Source: Octopus vulgaris | Taxonomy: Eukaryota | NCBI GenBank assembly: GCA_951406725.2 | Contig: OX597834.1 | Coordinates: forward strand, 6,944,001 to 7,008,000 | Reading direction: 5' to 3' | Length of the DNA stretch: 64,000 nucleotides | In this document: in pieces, positions 38,211 through 52,150 of the stretch | Position numbering within the stretch: the first letter of the stretch is position 1 | How the letters are laid out: each line of letters begins with the position of its first letter | The notes under the pieces: model-generated | What the model was told of the DNA's origin: nothing | Database searches by the model: none | What the model saw: only the letters and a program-made list of their open reading frames with translations | Position numbers and translations under genes: made by a program

Positions 38211-38500
38211 TATAATCAGTGACGAAAAGTTACTGGAAAAATGATATAAGTATCTGCATTGGGACCCCTTTCATCGAAAACCGATGATTGTCATGCGCTG
38301 ACGACAGGTCAATACCTAGAAACTGCAGTCCATGCGTATCACTTAGGTTGACGAGGGAAGAATGACCTCCCATTGCAAATACCATAAGGGCACAGAAAGT
38401 GTGCCTAAAGCCAGCTGGAGGAGATGTTCTCCTGGGGCTACAAGCAACAGTAACACCCACCCTTAGTGGTTAGCCATATTGAGATGGCAAATATACCTCA
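38211..38500 (+). mobile_element. HHR-bearing non-coding element inserted in the Tc1 ORF with 12-bp TSD TCTGTTAGAAAC
   Basis: TSD at 38199-38210 and 38501-38512; reverse-complement homolog of 29998-30270. Confidence 0.85.
38292..38336 (+). ncRNA. Type I hammerhead motif (stem I partly decayed)
   Basis: CAUGCG-CUGACGA-C-AGGU(caau)ACCU-A-GAAA-CUGCAG-UC-CAUGCG. Confidence 0.7.
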
Positions 38501-38874
38501 TCTGTTAGAAACATAATTCCATAAATTTTTGATCAGAATCAAATCCGGGCTCTGTGGAGGTCACTCAGTAACCATCATATTATTGCGCTCAAAATATTGC
38601 AAAACCTTCCTAGCCTTCAGAACGGGGCAATTGTCCTGTTGGAAAATAGATCCCCATGGCATCTGATTATTTAAATATGGCATCACATTTTCTTTTGCTA
38701 ATTGCAGATACCCTACACTGTTCAATCTGCAATCAGCCTTAACTGTTGGACCAAAACCTAAGCTGCTGAATGAGGCCCACACCATACGGCCCCTCACCTT
38801 CTGCTTTCACCATTTTCTTGGCACACTTAGTATGGAATTCTGCAGTTTGCCAGTGTGTGAGTGTGTGTATATAC

Positions 38875-38936
<62 letters not shown>

Positions 38937-38999
38937 ATATATTCAAACATAAAAGAGATACCCGAAAAATATCCATGTCTATGTGTTCATTCTTGGCAA

Positions 39000-39086
39000 C
39001 CCACTGAAGACACAGCGCCAGATATAGACTGAAATTATTTTATTTCAACCTGTATTTAAGTCTGCAAGAACCTTGCAAGGTCTAGG
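39000..39086 (+). ncRNA. Degenerate hammerhead motif in a TA-flanked element (38940-39230)
   Basis: CCCA-CUGAAGA..GAA-CCUUGCAAGG-UC-UAGG; downstream 39123-39176 is homologous to 14379-14436. Confidence 0.5.
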
Positions 39087-39227
39087 ATTAAGGTAAACGT
39101 TTTAACTTTTCAATCACTTTTTTATATGAATAATATAAAGTCTATTGATTAATTTTTCTCGCTAGACCACTGGTAACTAAGAATTTTTTCAATGAATATT
39201 CTTGTTACACTAAGTTTTTAATTAATG

Positions 39228-39280
<53 letters not shown>

Positions 39281-39324
39281 TACATTTCTAAATATCTCAG
39301 AGAGATGTAAGCAGTAGTGGTACG

Positions 39325-39487
39325 ATAAAGTAGTTGTATACTGTCAACTTAATGTGACAGTCCCATGAAGGGAATCACACCACTGCTATACGCCAGGAAG
39401 CATTGCTGCTTCCCAGGGCTAAATAGCAGTAGTATGATTCCCTTCATTGGACTGTCTCATTAAGTTGACAGTATACAACTACTTTAT
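39325..39487. repeat. Palindrome with ~65-bp arms and an inner GGAAGCA/TGCTTCC hairpin, between TA tracts
   Basis: ATAAAGTAGTTGTATACTGTCAACTTAATG and its reverse complement. Confidence 0.9.
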
Positions 39488-39788
39488 ATATATATATATA
39501 TAATACTAATATACAAATAGACAGATAGATAGATATAGATACATATATATTCATATATATATGTAATATATATATATGTATATATATATATATATGTATA
39601 TATAATATACATATATGTATAGTATATATATATGTATATATATATATATGTATATATATGTATCTATATCTATCTATCTGTCTATCTATCTATATATATA
39701 TATACACATGTGTGTATATTAGTAATATCACTGAAGGCACGTGGTTAGGATATTTAGCTCACAATTGAAAGGTCATGAGTTCAATTTC

Positions 39789-40170
39789 TTTCATTTGACT
39801 GCGGCCATGCTGGAGCACTGCCTTTAGTTGAGCAAATCAACCGCAGGACTTATTCTTTGTAACCCTAGTACTTATTCTATCAGTCTCTTTTGCTGAACCA
39901 CTAAGTTACGGGGACGTAAACACACCAGTATCGGTTGATGTTGGGGGGACAAACACAGACACACAACCATATACACACCCATACATATATATATATATAC
40001 ATATATACGATGGGCTTCTTTAAGTTTCCGTCTACCAAATCCACTCACAAGGCTTTGGTTGACCCAAGGCTATAGTAGAAGACACTTGTCTAAGATGCCA
40101 CGCAGTGGGACTGAACCCGAAACCATGTGGTTGGTAAGCAAGCTACTTACCACACAGCCGCTCCTACGCC
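39789..40170 (-). mobile_element. SINE family A
   Basis: Family consensus match. Confidence 0.85.
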
Positions 40171-40970
40171 TCACTGTTCATTTCATAATGTTAGGTTATC
40201 TTACATTTACTTACTGTTTCATCTACCTTTGTACACTCAGCTGTATTTAAATGGACAAATTGATTAAACCTCAAGCTGCAAACTTGTGGACTGTTAATTC
40301 ATATCATACAGCAGGTATTGTATTTCCAAACAAAAATTAGGCCCAAGGAATATTGCTTTCAAATTTTGGCATAAGGCTAACAGTTTTGCAGGTGGATGTA
40401 TGTCGATCACATCGACCCCAGTGTTCAAACTGGTACTTATTTTATCAAGTCTGAAGAAAGGCAAAATGAACCTCAGCAGAATTTGAACTCAAAAAGTAAA
40501 GGTGGATGAAGTACTGCTAAGCATTTTGACTGCTGTGCCGATGGTTCTACCAACTCACCCCCTTTAGCCCAAGGTAAGTTGGTTTCAAAGTTTGGCACAA
40601 GGTAAGCAATTTCAGAAGTGAGGGTAGGAATCAGCTGGTACTTACTTCAAGGACCCTGAAATGACAAAAGGCAAAGTCAACCTTGTTGGAATTTGAACTC
40701 AGAATGTAAAAACATGAAGTAAAACTAAGCATTTTCCTTGCTTTGCCAATAATTCTGACAGCACAATACCATAGGCCCAGGAAATAGCATTGTTGCATAA
40801 CACTAGACCAGTCCAGATATTGCAGTCATTTGATCAAAGACTCTCCAGTCAGGACCATCCTATCTCTTTCAGAAATATCTGATTCTACATTATCCCCTAT
40901 ACTCTTTACATGTTAAGGTGTGAGTTGGAGAGAGAGATTTAGCTGTTATGTCTAACATGTTGAGTAAGTA

Positions 40971-41325
40971 TATAAAGGCAATATCATGCTTCGTTCACTT
41001 TGCTAGAAATAGTAGCTAACCCTTCTTCAAATCATACAGTCTCATCATGAAACGAAGAAGCACCCAAGGTAATGTATGCTTAGAGTAACTATATAGAGGC
41101 AATATCATGCTTCATTCATTTTGCTAGAAACAGTAGCTAACCCCTCTTCAAATCATACAGTCCCATCATGAAACGGAGAAGCACCCAAAGTAATGTATGT
41201 TTAGAGTAACTATATAAAGGCAATATCATGCTTCATTCATTTTGCTAGAAACAGTAGCTAACCCCTCTTCAAATCATACAGTCCCATCATGAAACGAAGA
41301 AGCACCCAAGGTAATGTATGCTTAG
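40971..41325. repeat. Tandem repeat, 121-bp unit x ~2.9
   Basis: AGGCAATATCATGCTTC..GTAATGTATG(C/T)TTAGA three times. Confidence 0.9.
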
Positions 41326-41814
41326 AAAAACAAGACAGCAACTTCATGGCTGGAATATATTATAGGACTGCATTGCTCAGGGTTGTCTTGGGGCTAAAAA
41401 AAAAAACAAAAAAAAAACAAAACAATGGCAATAACATGAATAGACTTAAATCTTCATAAAATACCTGTTAATGTAGCAAGTTGACATTTTCAAAAGTACT
41501 TTTGGCTCGAAAGAAGGAGAATAAGCAACGCTTATCATCATAAATAGAAACACTGACGCATACACTCATATATATATATATATATATACACACACGAGCA
41601 CATACACACACATGGGTATATAATCATGAACAAACAAGTAATAAAAGGAACATATAAGAATAAATGAGAGAAATAAATGGAATTTTCCAGAAGAATTCAC
41701 TCCATTTCTATTGAGCCAGTGACATATATAAATTTCATTAGACTTATCAGAACAGAGTACAACTTTATCAATAAATAACTTTCTATAAGAAAATAATAAT
41801 AAAAATTATACACA

Positions 41815-42077
41815 CATATATATATATACATATAGATTATATATGTAAGTGTGTGTGTACATATATATATATATGTGTGTGCATATACATTTATATATAT
41901 TTATATACATATATATATATATATCATCATCATATCATCATATATATATATATATTTATATACATATATATATATATATATTTATATACATATATATATA
42001 TATTTATATACATATATATATATTTATATATTTATATATTTATATATTTATATATTTATATATATATATATATATTC

Positions 42078-42120
<43 letters not shown>

Positions 42121-42133
42121 CATATATATATAC

Positions 42134-42195
<62 letters not shown>

Positions 42196-42943
42196 TATGA
42201 ATATATATAATTGCATATACACACACACACACATCTATGTCAACATATACACACAGACACATATAACCCTCTCACATATATAAATACTTACACAAACACA
42301 CACACACACACACATATATACATTTTATATATATAGATATATACACAGATATACTTATATGTGTGTATCTAAATGCGTGCACATACGTGTGTTTGTGTAT
42401 TAAACAATGGAGAAAAAAAAACTGGTCCATTTATTTATACCAACATTAAAACAATAAAAACGACAAGGAAGGTAACAGGATGATACATTAACAAAATTTC
42501 TATTAATCATCAATAGAAAATATGCGTGGGGAAATGTATATGTACATATGTGTGTATGTGTGCGTATGTGTGTGTGTGTTCACATATATATATATATATG
42601 TATGTATGTATACATATAAATAATATCATAACTATAAATTTTGTATTTATGTCTGTATAACTATCTATCTATCTATCTATCAATCATCTATTTATCAATC
42701 TATCTATCTATCTATCTATCCATCTATCTACCTACCTAACTACCTACCTATCTATCTATTTATCTATCTATCTACCTACTTATCTACCTACCTATCTATC
42801 TATCTATCTATCTATCCATCTATCTACCTACCTAACTACCTACCTATCTATCTATTTATCTATCTATCTACCTACTTATCTACCTACCTACCAACCTACC
42901 TACCTACCTGCCTACCTACCTATCTACCTATCTATCTCCCTAC

Positions 42944-42989
<46 letters not shown>

Positions 42990-42998
42990 GTCTATCTG

Positions 42999-43046
<48 letters not shown>

Positions 43047-43048
43047 CT

Positions 43049-43097
<49 letters not shown>

Positions 43098-43136
43098 GCA
43101 TGCATAAAGATAGATATAATTGAATACATAGAAAAT

Positions 43137-43180
<44 letters not shown>

Positions 43181-43205
43181 ACACACACACACATATATAT
43201 ATATG
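41815..43205. repeat. Microsatellite cluster (TA)n, (CTAT/CTAC)n, (CA)n
   Basis: Direct inspection. Confidence 0.9.
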
Positions 43206-43564
43206 AAATGTATTATGTATATATATGTTTAAGTGAGAAGACGAGAGATTGAATTTTTAAAATGTTAGATTTATTTGCATTTGGGGAATACTGCATTTCA
43301 TTAATGTATCTGTGTGTAAGTGTCAGTGAAAATGTTCGTTGAACTCAATATAGATTGAATTCTTTTGTGTATTTACACATGCATGCAAATATGTGTTTGA
43401 ATATCTGTGTATATAATTTCACACATAAGTATGCTAACATGTGTCATATGTATGCATGTATGTATGGATAGATGTATGCATGTATGTGTGTGTGTATATA
43501 TATCTATGTATATATATATATCTATATCTATCTATCTATATCTATCTATCTATATCTATCTATC

Positions 43565-43953
43565 TGTGTGGTAAGTAGCTTGTTTACCAACCACATTGTT
43601 CCGGGTTCAGTCCCACTGCGTGTCACCTTGGGCAAGTGTCTTCTACTATAGCCTCAGGCCGAACAAAGCCTTGTGAGTGGATTTGGTAGACGGAAGATGA
43701 AAGAAGCCCGTCGTATATATGTATATATATATATGTATGTGTGTGTGTTTGTGTGTCTGTGTTTGTCCCCCTAGCATTGCTTGACAACCGATGCTGGTGT
43801 GTTTATGTCCCCGTTACCTACCGGTTCGGCAAAAGAGACCGATAGAATAAGTACTGGGCTTACAAAAGAATAAGTCCCGGGTTGAGTTGCTCGATTAAAG
43901 GCGGTGCTCCAGCATGGCCGCAGTCAAATTACTGAAACAAGTAAAAGACTAAA

Positions 43954-43957
<4 letters not shown>
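43565..43957 (+). mobile_element. SINE family A
   Basis: Family consensus match. Confidence 0.9.
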
Positions 43958-44005
<48 letters not shown>

Positions 44006-44094
44006 GTAATCCAAACATGAGAGCACAAAAAGACACAACAACGCGAGGACATGGAACAAATATAGTATTATTGGACGCTCAGGATAGAAGGAGG

Positions 44095-44129
44095 GTTTAA
44101 CGTTTCGAGCGGAACTCTTCGTCGGAAAC
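44095..44129 (-). ncRNA. Minimal hammerhead-like variant (extra A) in short element 44002-44166
   Basis: GUUU-CCGACGA-A-GAG(uuccg)CUC-GAAA-CG-UU-AAAC; downstream TCCTGAGCG shared with 33881. Confidence 0.6.
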
Positions 44130-44489
44130 ATAGGAGAAGGAAAGATCCAGAGAAGGGAAGACAGAATATATATATTCAGTTCCAGTTGATCAGATCAACG
44201 GAACAGTCTGCTCATGAAATTAACGTGTAAGTGGCTGAGCACTCCACAGACACGTGTACCCTTAACGTAGTTCTCGGGGAGATTCAACGTGAGGCAGAAT
44301 GTGACAAGGCTGGCCCCTTTGAATTACGGGTACAAGGCCTGAAGTTTTGGTGGTGGTGTTAGTGGGAGTTTGTCGATCGTATGGACTCCCTGTGATCAAA
44401 TGGAACTTATTTTATCGGTTCCAAAAGGTTGAAGAGTTATGTTGACCATTTTGTGGGGTGCAGGACCGATTCTTCCAGCTCATCACCTT

Positions 44490-44901
44490 ACTCTCTTTTT
44501 TACTCTCTTTTATTTGTTTCAGTCATTTGACTGCGGCCATGCTGGAGCACCGCCTTTAGTCGAGCAAATCGACCTCGGGACTTATTCATTGTAAGCCCAG
44601 TACTTACTCTATCGGTCTCTTTTGCCGAACCGCTAAGTGACGGGGACGTAAACACACCAACATCGGTTGTCAAGCAATGCTAGGGGAACAAACACAGACA
44701 CACAAACATATACACACACACACATATATATATATACATATATACGACGGGCTTCTTTCAGTTTCCGTCTACCAAATCCACTCACAAGGCATTGGTCGGC
44801 CCAGGACTATAGCAGAAGACACTTGTCCAAGGTGCCACGCAGTGGGACTAAACCCGGAACCATATGGTTGGTTAGCAAGCTATTTACCACACAGCCACTC
44901 C
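44490..44901 (-). mobile_element. SINE family A
   Basis: Family consensus match. Confidence 0.9.
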
Positions 44902-45039
44902 TTAGGTAAATAAATAAATAAAATCGATCAAGAACAACAAATTCATTTTCAATTGCTTGGTCGAACATTCTAGAAAAGAACAAATACGCATAGGAAACAC
45001 ATGCCAAACAAATTTGTCGAGTAAATCATTATAAATTAA

Positions 45040-45681
45040 CGATCTTTTCCTTTTGAACGGCAGACAATTTCTAGTTAACTAACCACTTTAAAACTTCGTA
45101 TACTGGTAGAATGTGTCAAAATAATACATTTTTTTTCTCTTGGCTTTCTTGAGAAAATTGTAATTTGTTTATTTAACGTAGTTTAATTTTTCGAATTTTA
45201 ACCAATCCTATGCTCTCTTTTGAGCTAACATCATTTGCTGCGTCTAAAACTGAGACAACATCCTGTAACTAACCCTAAACCTCCCCCTAGCCCTAACCCT
45301 AACCCTAATTTTCTTTTCTTGATTGTTAAATTAATTTAATTGTTACGCGTGTAAAAAAATAAAGCAATGGAATTAAATTAATTTAACAATTAAGGAAAAA
45401 AAATTAGGGTTAGGGTTAGGGGGAGGTTTAGGGTTAGTTACAGGATGTTGTCTCAGTTTTAGACGCAGCAAATGATTTTAGTTGAATGGAGGTAATCGAT
45501 TGGTGAAAATTGCCGAAATGCTCGGATTTTCAGACGAAATATCTTACAAACTATAGAATTTTCTCAATAAAACCAAGAGAAAATGATGTTTTATAAACAC
45601 ATTCTACGAGTATACGAAGTTTAAAAGTGTTTAGTTAACTAGAAATTGTGTTGACATCTGCCGTTCAAAAGGAAATGATCC
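45040..45681. mobile_element. Palindromic MITE with 8-bp TSD TAAATTAA and (G)GATC termini (Merlin-like), internal CCCTAA/TTAGGG tracts
   Basis: TIR GATC.TTTCCTTTTGAACGGCAGA; inner arms 45230-45341 / 45371-45476 nearly perfect. Confidence 0.85.
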
Positions 45682-46448
45682 TAAATTAATCAGAGAGAGA
45701 GAGGGAGAAACAGGGAGAGAAAGAGAGAGAGAGGGGAAGAGAAAGAGAGAGAGAGAGAAAGGGAGAGGGAGAGACAGACAGACAGAGAAAGAGAGAGAGA
45801 GAGAATTAGATGAAAAGGACATTAATTTCTTAAGGGCAAAGAACTGGAATTGACTCCCCAGACAGCCATCAGGAATTAGCAGGAGACGTACATTTTTGTC
45901 GGAAATTGAAAATTGTTGAAACTTTTGCCGACAAAAATGATGATGACAAGAATGATGATGAGGAGGAAGAGGCGATGGAGGATGCTGGTGTTAACACTAA
46001 TGACGACGGATGAGGATAATGATAAATCCTTATTCGAGAACAAGTCAAATTTCTTTATCACTTGACTGCAATACTAACAGAGCGTCTAATTTCTAAATGA
46101 TACCTAAAATTGTGAAGCAAAATTTAACCAGAGGTGAAATGTCGATCGCCAACCGACAACAGGAAGATGAGACAAATCAGGCAGATAAAGGTGGAGTTAT
46201 TGTACTATTGTGGTAATGATGTGGAACGCTACAGGAGTCTCGTAGAAGAACAATTAAATAACCACGCATTTTATTCAGAAATTCTGATCAACATTGATCA
46301 TCTTATAATGTGATGATAAATTCAATGAAATATTACTGGAACATCCCTCAGCGACAACAGATAGAGAATGACTCAATCTGACCGTGTTTAAAAGAAAAAC
46401 CAGGAACCTTTACGGTCCCTTGAAAATATACAATTCAAACGAAATTCA

Positions 46449-46614
46449 AGGCGCAGGAGTGGCTGTGTGGTTAGTAGCTTGCTAACCAACCACATGGTTC
46501 CGGGTTCAGTCCCACTGCGTGGCATCTTGGGCAAGTGTGTTCTACTATAGCCTCAGGCCGACTAATGCCTTGTGAGTGGATTTGGTAGACGGAAACTGAA
46601 AGAAGCCTGTCGTA

Positions 46615-46661
<47 letters not shown>

Positions 46662-46899
46662 CTCTGTGTGTGTGTATGTGTTTGTGTGTCTGTGTTTGTC
46701 CCCCTAGCATTGCTTGACAACCGATGCTGGTGTGTTTGCGTCCCCGTCACTTAGCGGTTCGGCAAAGGAGACCGATAGAATAAGTACTGGACTTACAAAG
46801 AATAAGTCCCGGGGTCGATTTCCTCGACTAAAGGCGGTGCTCCAGCATGGCCGCAGTCAAATGACTCAAACAAGTAAAAGAGTAAAAGAGTAAAAGAGT
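46449..46899 (+). mobile_element. SINE family A nested in the PLE
   Basis: Family consensus match. Confidence 0.9.
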
Positions 46900-47576
46900 A
46901 TGCAGAGCAGGAACAAAACACCAAATACATGAAAATAGAAAAGACGATAGATCTGAAAATAGGACCTATAAAAGCCGGCCCAGCTTGTTCTATTTATTGT
47001 CTAAATAATTTAATCGACATCATTTTGAAATCGCTGTGTTTCTTTATGCCACGTTAAATCCGTGACAGCAATGGTTTTCTGCCGCATCTTTCAGCTACAA
47101 TAGATATAAAAGTTCTTCATGTAAATTTCGGTTAACTAGATTTATACAAGCATGCCCCCATGATTTAGGCATTGCTGAGTGAAAGTACTGGATGAAAAAC
47201 ACGGGGTATCAATCCTTAATGTATTATTACTCGATTTTTTAGTTTGAATTACACTACGATTTCTCTTAGAAACAACTCATACTGTTTCGATGGAAATATT
47301 GTGATCCAGCCGAGAGAAACATGAATATAAAATTTGCACCTACATAAGTGGTACCAAAAAGTAGAAAGCCCAAATCAATTTCGGTTTTGTCTGACTTTGA
47401 ATTGTCATAGAGACTCAAATGATTTCTTTATTATATGAACAAAATCTGTTGGAAGTGACGGTTCAGTCACACTTCGTGTAACCTTGGGCGGGTAAGTGTC
47501 TTCTATAGTTCCGGATCAACCAAAGCCTTGGCAATGGATTTAGTAGATAGAAACTGAAAGAAACCCGTTGTGTGTA

Positions 47577-47639
<63 letters not shown>

Positions 47640-47663
47640 CGGCGTACGTACACTTTGTTCTCT

Positions 47664-47713
<50 letters not shown>

Positions 47714-47721
47714 TGTGTACG

Positions 47722-47875
47722 ACCTGTGACGTCGCAACTCATTTCTACAGCTGAGTGAACTGGAGCAACGTGAAATAAAGGGTCTTGCTCAAGAACACAA
47801 CACGTAGCCCGGTCCGGGATTCGAGCTCACAACCTCACGATCGTAAGCTCGACGCTATTACCACTGAGCCATGCG
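47722..47875 (-). mobile_element. SINE family D (tRNA head plus TGTTGTGTTCTTGAGCAAGAC central domain) nested in a decayed family-A copy
   Basis: TGGCTCAGTGG A-box and G.TCGAATCCC B-box on the minus strand. Confidence 0.7.
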
Positions 47876-48565
47876 ATAGAATAAGTATCAACCTGAAAAG
47901 AAGTACTTGGGTCGATTCATTCGATTAAACATTCTTCAAGGCTGTCCTCCAGCATGGCCACAGTCTAATGAATGAAATGAGTAGAAGGTTAAATAGTAAA
48001 TATACTTAATGGCCATTGATGCATTACATTTTAATGCTTTCACCCAGTAGCGAATTACAGGCAAATCCGGTATATCTGTCAGTCTGTCTCTCTCCCTCTA
48101 CCTACCTGTCTATCTTTATAAGTACGTACGTACATATGTATGTATCGAAGCACACGTACATAGACATGCACGATCGCACGTACATAACTGAATGCTGATG
48201 TAATTTGTAGAATCTTATATATGCTATAAGGAAAAAAATTATATTGGGCAAACCGGAAATAAATTTGATGAGGAGTTACGGATACACAGACAATGTATTA
48301 AACAACTGCAATACGAGAAGATGCCATTAGGCTAACAGCAGGATAGATATTATGAATGAGGATTTAAAATATTAACCCCCTCCTTTATTTTCATTAAAAT
48401 GGACAATGTCTGATATTAGGTCTATTAAAAACAAATATCTTATGGAAATATTCAAAGCAAAGTTAAATGGACGTAATGACGGACGATTAGTGTTACATCA
48501 ATAGTTTTCAAATTGGTTCATGAACGTTGCGACGGTAGTCTGCTATAATATATACAACGGTAGTA

Positions 48566-49512
<947 letters not shown>

Positions 49513-50001
49513 GGTCCCAATGCATCTACTTAAATACAAAGGTCCCGCTTAAATGCAGAGGTCCCGATGCATTTAGGCTCTTCTGACAGCTATCCCGCGT
49601 ACAAAAATTATACGTGTATTTAAAAAAAAATCTATTCAGTAAATAATGTTTCTACGTTACGAATGCATAAATAAAATAAACAATCGCTTTTCCAAATATC
49701 GAGGGAAAACTTAAAAGAGAAAGTGAGAGACTTTGCAAATGAAAATGGAATACCCCGCAGTGAATGCAATGAATAGATTTGTGAAGAACTGGATGCAGTG
49801 AATGCAATGAATATTTAAATTTGCGAGAAATTGGAGTTTAAAAAATTCGATAAACTTGAGAAATCGAAATTATTTCTTGGAAAATAAATTTATAAAAATA
49901 TTTCCAGACGGTCAACCCTTTAATAATTGCTTTCTTTTAGTACTTTTAGTAATTGCTACATACCTAATTACCTAATTAATAAGCAGCTTTCTCCATTGTA
50001 G

Positions 50002-50081
<80 letters not shown>

Positions 50082-50084
50082 TAC

Positions 50085-50123
<39 letters not shown>

Positions 50124-50160
50124 TACATATATAAATATATATATATATATACATATATAC

Positions 50161-50228
<68 letters not shown>

Positions 50229-50232
<4 letters not shown>

Positions 50233-51046
50233 GCATACCACGACTTAGGTTGTCTCGACTTACGTCGTTCTCGATTATGCGTTAGTTTTCAAAAATAATA
50301 TATGGAAAAATAAAAATCAAGTTAAGTCATTTTGCCCGACTTTACGTCTGTCCGCGACATATATTGGAATCGTAACATCCCAAGAAAACCGTTAAAAACA
50401 CACAAAATCATCTTCCTGTACAATAAATAAGAATAGAATCATATAAAATCATATCAAAATACGTACAGTAAATGTTATGATACACACCATAAAGTAGTGT
50501 AGCTTTGTGAACGCATTGAACAAGAAGAGGCAGAGTCAGCTGTTGATGTTGAAGATCCACTGCCATCTACATCCGTAATGTAAACCACCAAATAGTATGT
50601 ATGTATTGGTAAATTTAAAATAATTTAGTGTTTCTTTTTTACTATTGCTAAATAATAATAATAACGGAATTTGTTTTTTAAGGATTTCTAAAAAATTTTA
50701 CCATGGATTATTGCAAACCGCATTCATAAATAAAGCGTCCACAATGTACGGTAAATACCGCCAAATTGTATTCGTTAATTTATATTACGTTTTTTGTTGT
50801 ACTGTACTGTATTAAAAATTAAAAACTATTTGTTTGTAAGCTTGAAATATGTTTTTATTAACCATGTATTCTTGAAAATGCATTCATAAATAAAGAACAG
50901 AACTGGGAATGGTTATTATCGGTTTAGCACAGAGACAGGTAAATTCGGCCTAGCCTAGCCTTGAGACAAGTTAATTGGACTTGAGCCGCTTTTCGACTTG
51001 CGTCGTATCTCCTGGAACCTATTAACGACGTAGGGTGAGATATACC

Positions 51047-51051
<5 letters not shown>
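50229..51051. mobile_element. Non-autonomous pogo/Tigger-like DNA transposon
   Basis: AGGCATACCACGACTTA..TCGACTTACG start; TGGAACCTATTAACGACGTAGGGTGAGATATACCTCTG|TA end. Confidence 0.6.
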
Positions 51052-51096
<45 letters not shown>

Positions 51097-51098
<2 letters not shown>

Positions 51099-51348
51099 GA
51101 AATGAAGAAAATGCTGACAAAATAATTTAAGTAATTTAAGTAATTTAATTAGGTGAAAGTTATTTTATCCCAGATAAGTTATTTTTATCCCAGATAAGAG
51201 GAAATGTAACATCAAAATGTAACTCTATCTCTCTTAAAAAAACATCTTTTGATAAGCATAACAAATGCGCAACCGGTAAAAATAACTTTCACCTAATTAA
51301 ATTACTTAAATTACTTAAATTATTTTGTCAGCATTTTCTTCATTTCCT
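51097..51348. repeat. Inverted repeat (~70-bp arms) with a decayed HHR in the spacer
   Basis: AGGAAATGAAGAAAATGCTGACAAAAT.. mirrored; TTGATAA-GCAT..ATGC-GCAA-CCGG-TA. Confidence 0.85.
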
Positions 51349-51468
51349 CTTTTATATATCACAACTCGTGTTCCACATCTCCTTTTTTAAATATAAATAT
51401 ATATATATATCTTCGATACTTCATGAGTGTAGCCTCACCCACTAGGATGCTTGGAGAACTCATATGTG

Positions 51469-51559
51469 TTTTGGCTGATGAGTACGGGACACTTGTATTT
51501 GCTGCAATATTTGCAGCTTTTAATAAAGCTGGTCTTCGTATGAAACAATTGTACTGAAA
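51469..51559 (+). ncRNA. Type I hammerhead motif with extended, branched stem II
   Basis: UUUUGG-CUGAUGA-GUACGGGAC..GUCUUCGUAU-GAAA-CAAUUG-UA-CUGAAA. Confidence 0.75.
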
Positions 51560-51718
51560 AACTAATCCATTCTTGTTGCTTTTTTCTGTTTTTTGGCTTG
51601 TTTATAATCACCCCACATTACTTTATGGTTAATACCATATAGTTTTCTGGTGCATCTAAGTTAAGTACCGCATTCAAATGAATTCAATAGAACTCACTTG
51701 AATCTTAATTGCTTTTAC

Positions 51719-51756
<38 letters not shown>

Positions 51757-51765
51757 AAGATGTCA

Positions 51766-51859
51766 ATTCATTACAGCTGTTTCCAACGATTTTCTTAATT
51801 GATTAATGAATACGTTATATCATTATATCATTATAAAACCCCGTTTTCTTCAGATAAAT
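51766..51859 (-). ncRNA. Type I hammerhead motif with long loop II
   Basis: AUUUAU-CUGAAGA-A-AACG..CGUU-G-GAAA-CAGCUG-UA-AUGAAU. Confidence 0.65.
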
Positions 51860-51939
51860 ACACGAATTATACTATTAAGTATATTTTTTAAAAATTTCAA
51901 TTCCTCGGCATATTAATATTTAGTGATTCCACGATCGAC

Positions 51940-52150
51940 GCTGGTCGCAGAATGTGTTTGCCAAATCAAAACAAAACGAATACAAATGGTTTTGGAGGAG
52001 GGCAAACTCATTCTGCGACCAGCAGAATTGTCACCTATCTATCGTTTGTTATTTATTTATTTACAATTCACCTCTCTCAGAACCTGCCCCTCTCGTGTTC
52101 CGAAGTATATTATTGACCGTATATTTTTAATATAATGTGCGTTTCTAAAT
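51940..52150 (+). mobile_element. Unclassified repeat: 23-bp inverted repeat followed by a segment homologous to 16425-16520 plus 16895-16925
   Basis: GCTGGTCGCAGAATG.GTTTGCC / GGCAAAC.CATTCTGCGACCAGC; ACCTCTCTC..GTGTTCC.AAGTATATTAT.GACCGTATAT. Confidence 0.6.

Larger units (their letters stand above)
37771..38835 (-). mobile_element. Tc1-family (DD34E) transposon remnant with an IR/DR-type end
   Basis: MVWASFS..IFQQDNCP..WPPQSPDL..NLWN..NNGYGTRY; AAATAAGTTTAAGACCG at 37780 and 37957. Confidence 0.85.
45820..48480 (+). pseudogene. Heavily decayed Penelope-like element: RT and GIY-YIG remnants interrupted by SINEs
   Basis: KQNLTRGE, ADKGGVIV, QLNNHAFY, DLKIGPIKAGPACS..NNLIDIILK..IRDS, HDLG, NNSYCFDG, KFAPT, then NLIYAI..YIGQTG..IHRQ..FKAKLN. 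Confidence 0.8.

Noticed and set aside
45268-45437. Telomere-telomere fusion site
   Set aside because: Only a few repeat units, enclosed by TIRs and an 8-bp TSD, so it is MITE-internal
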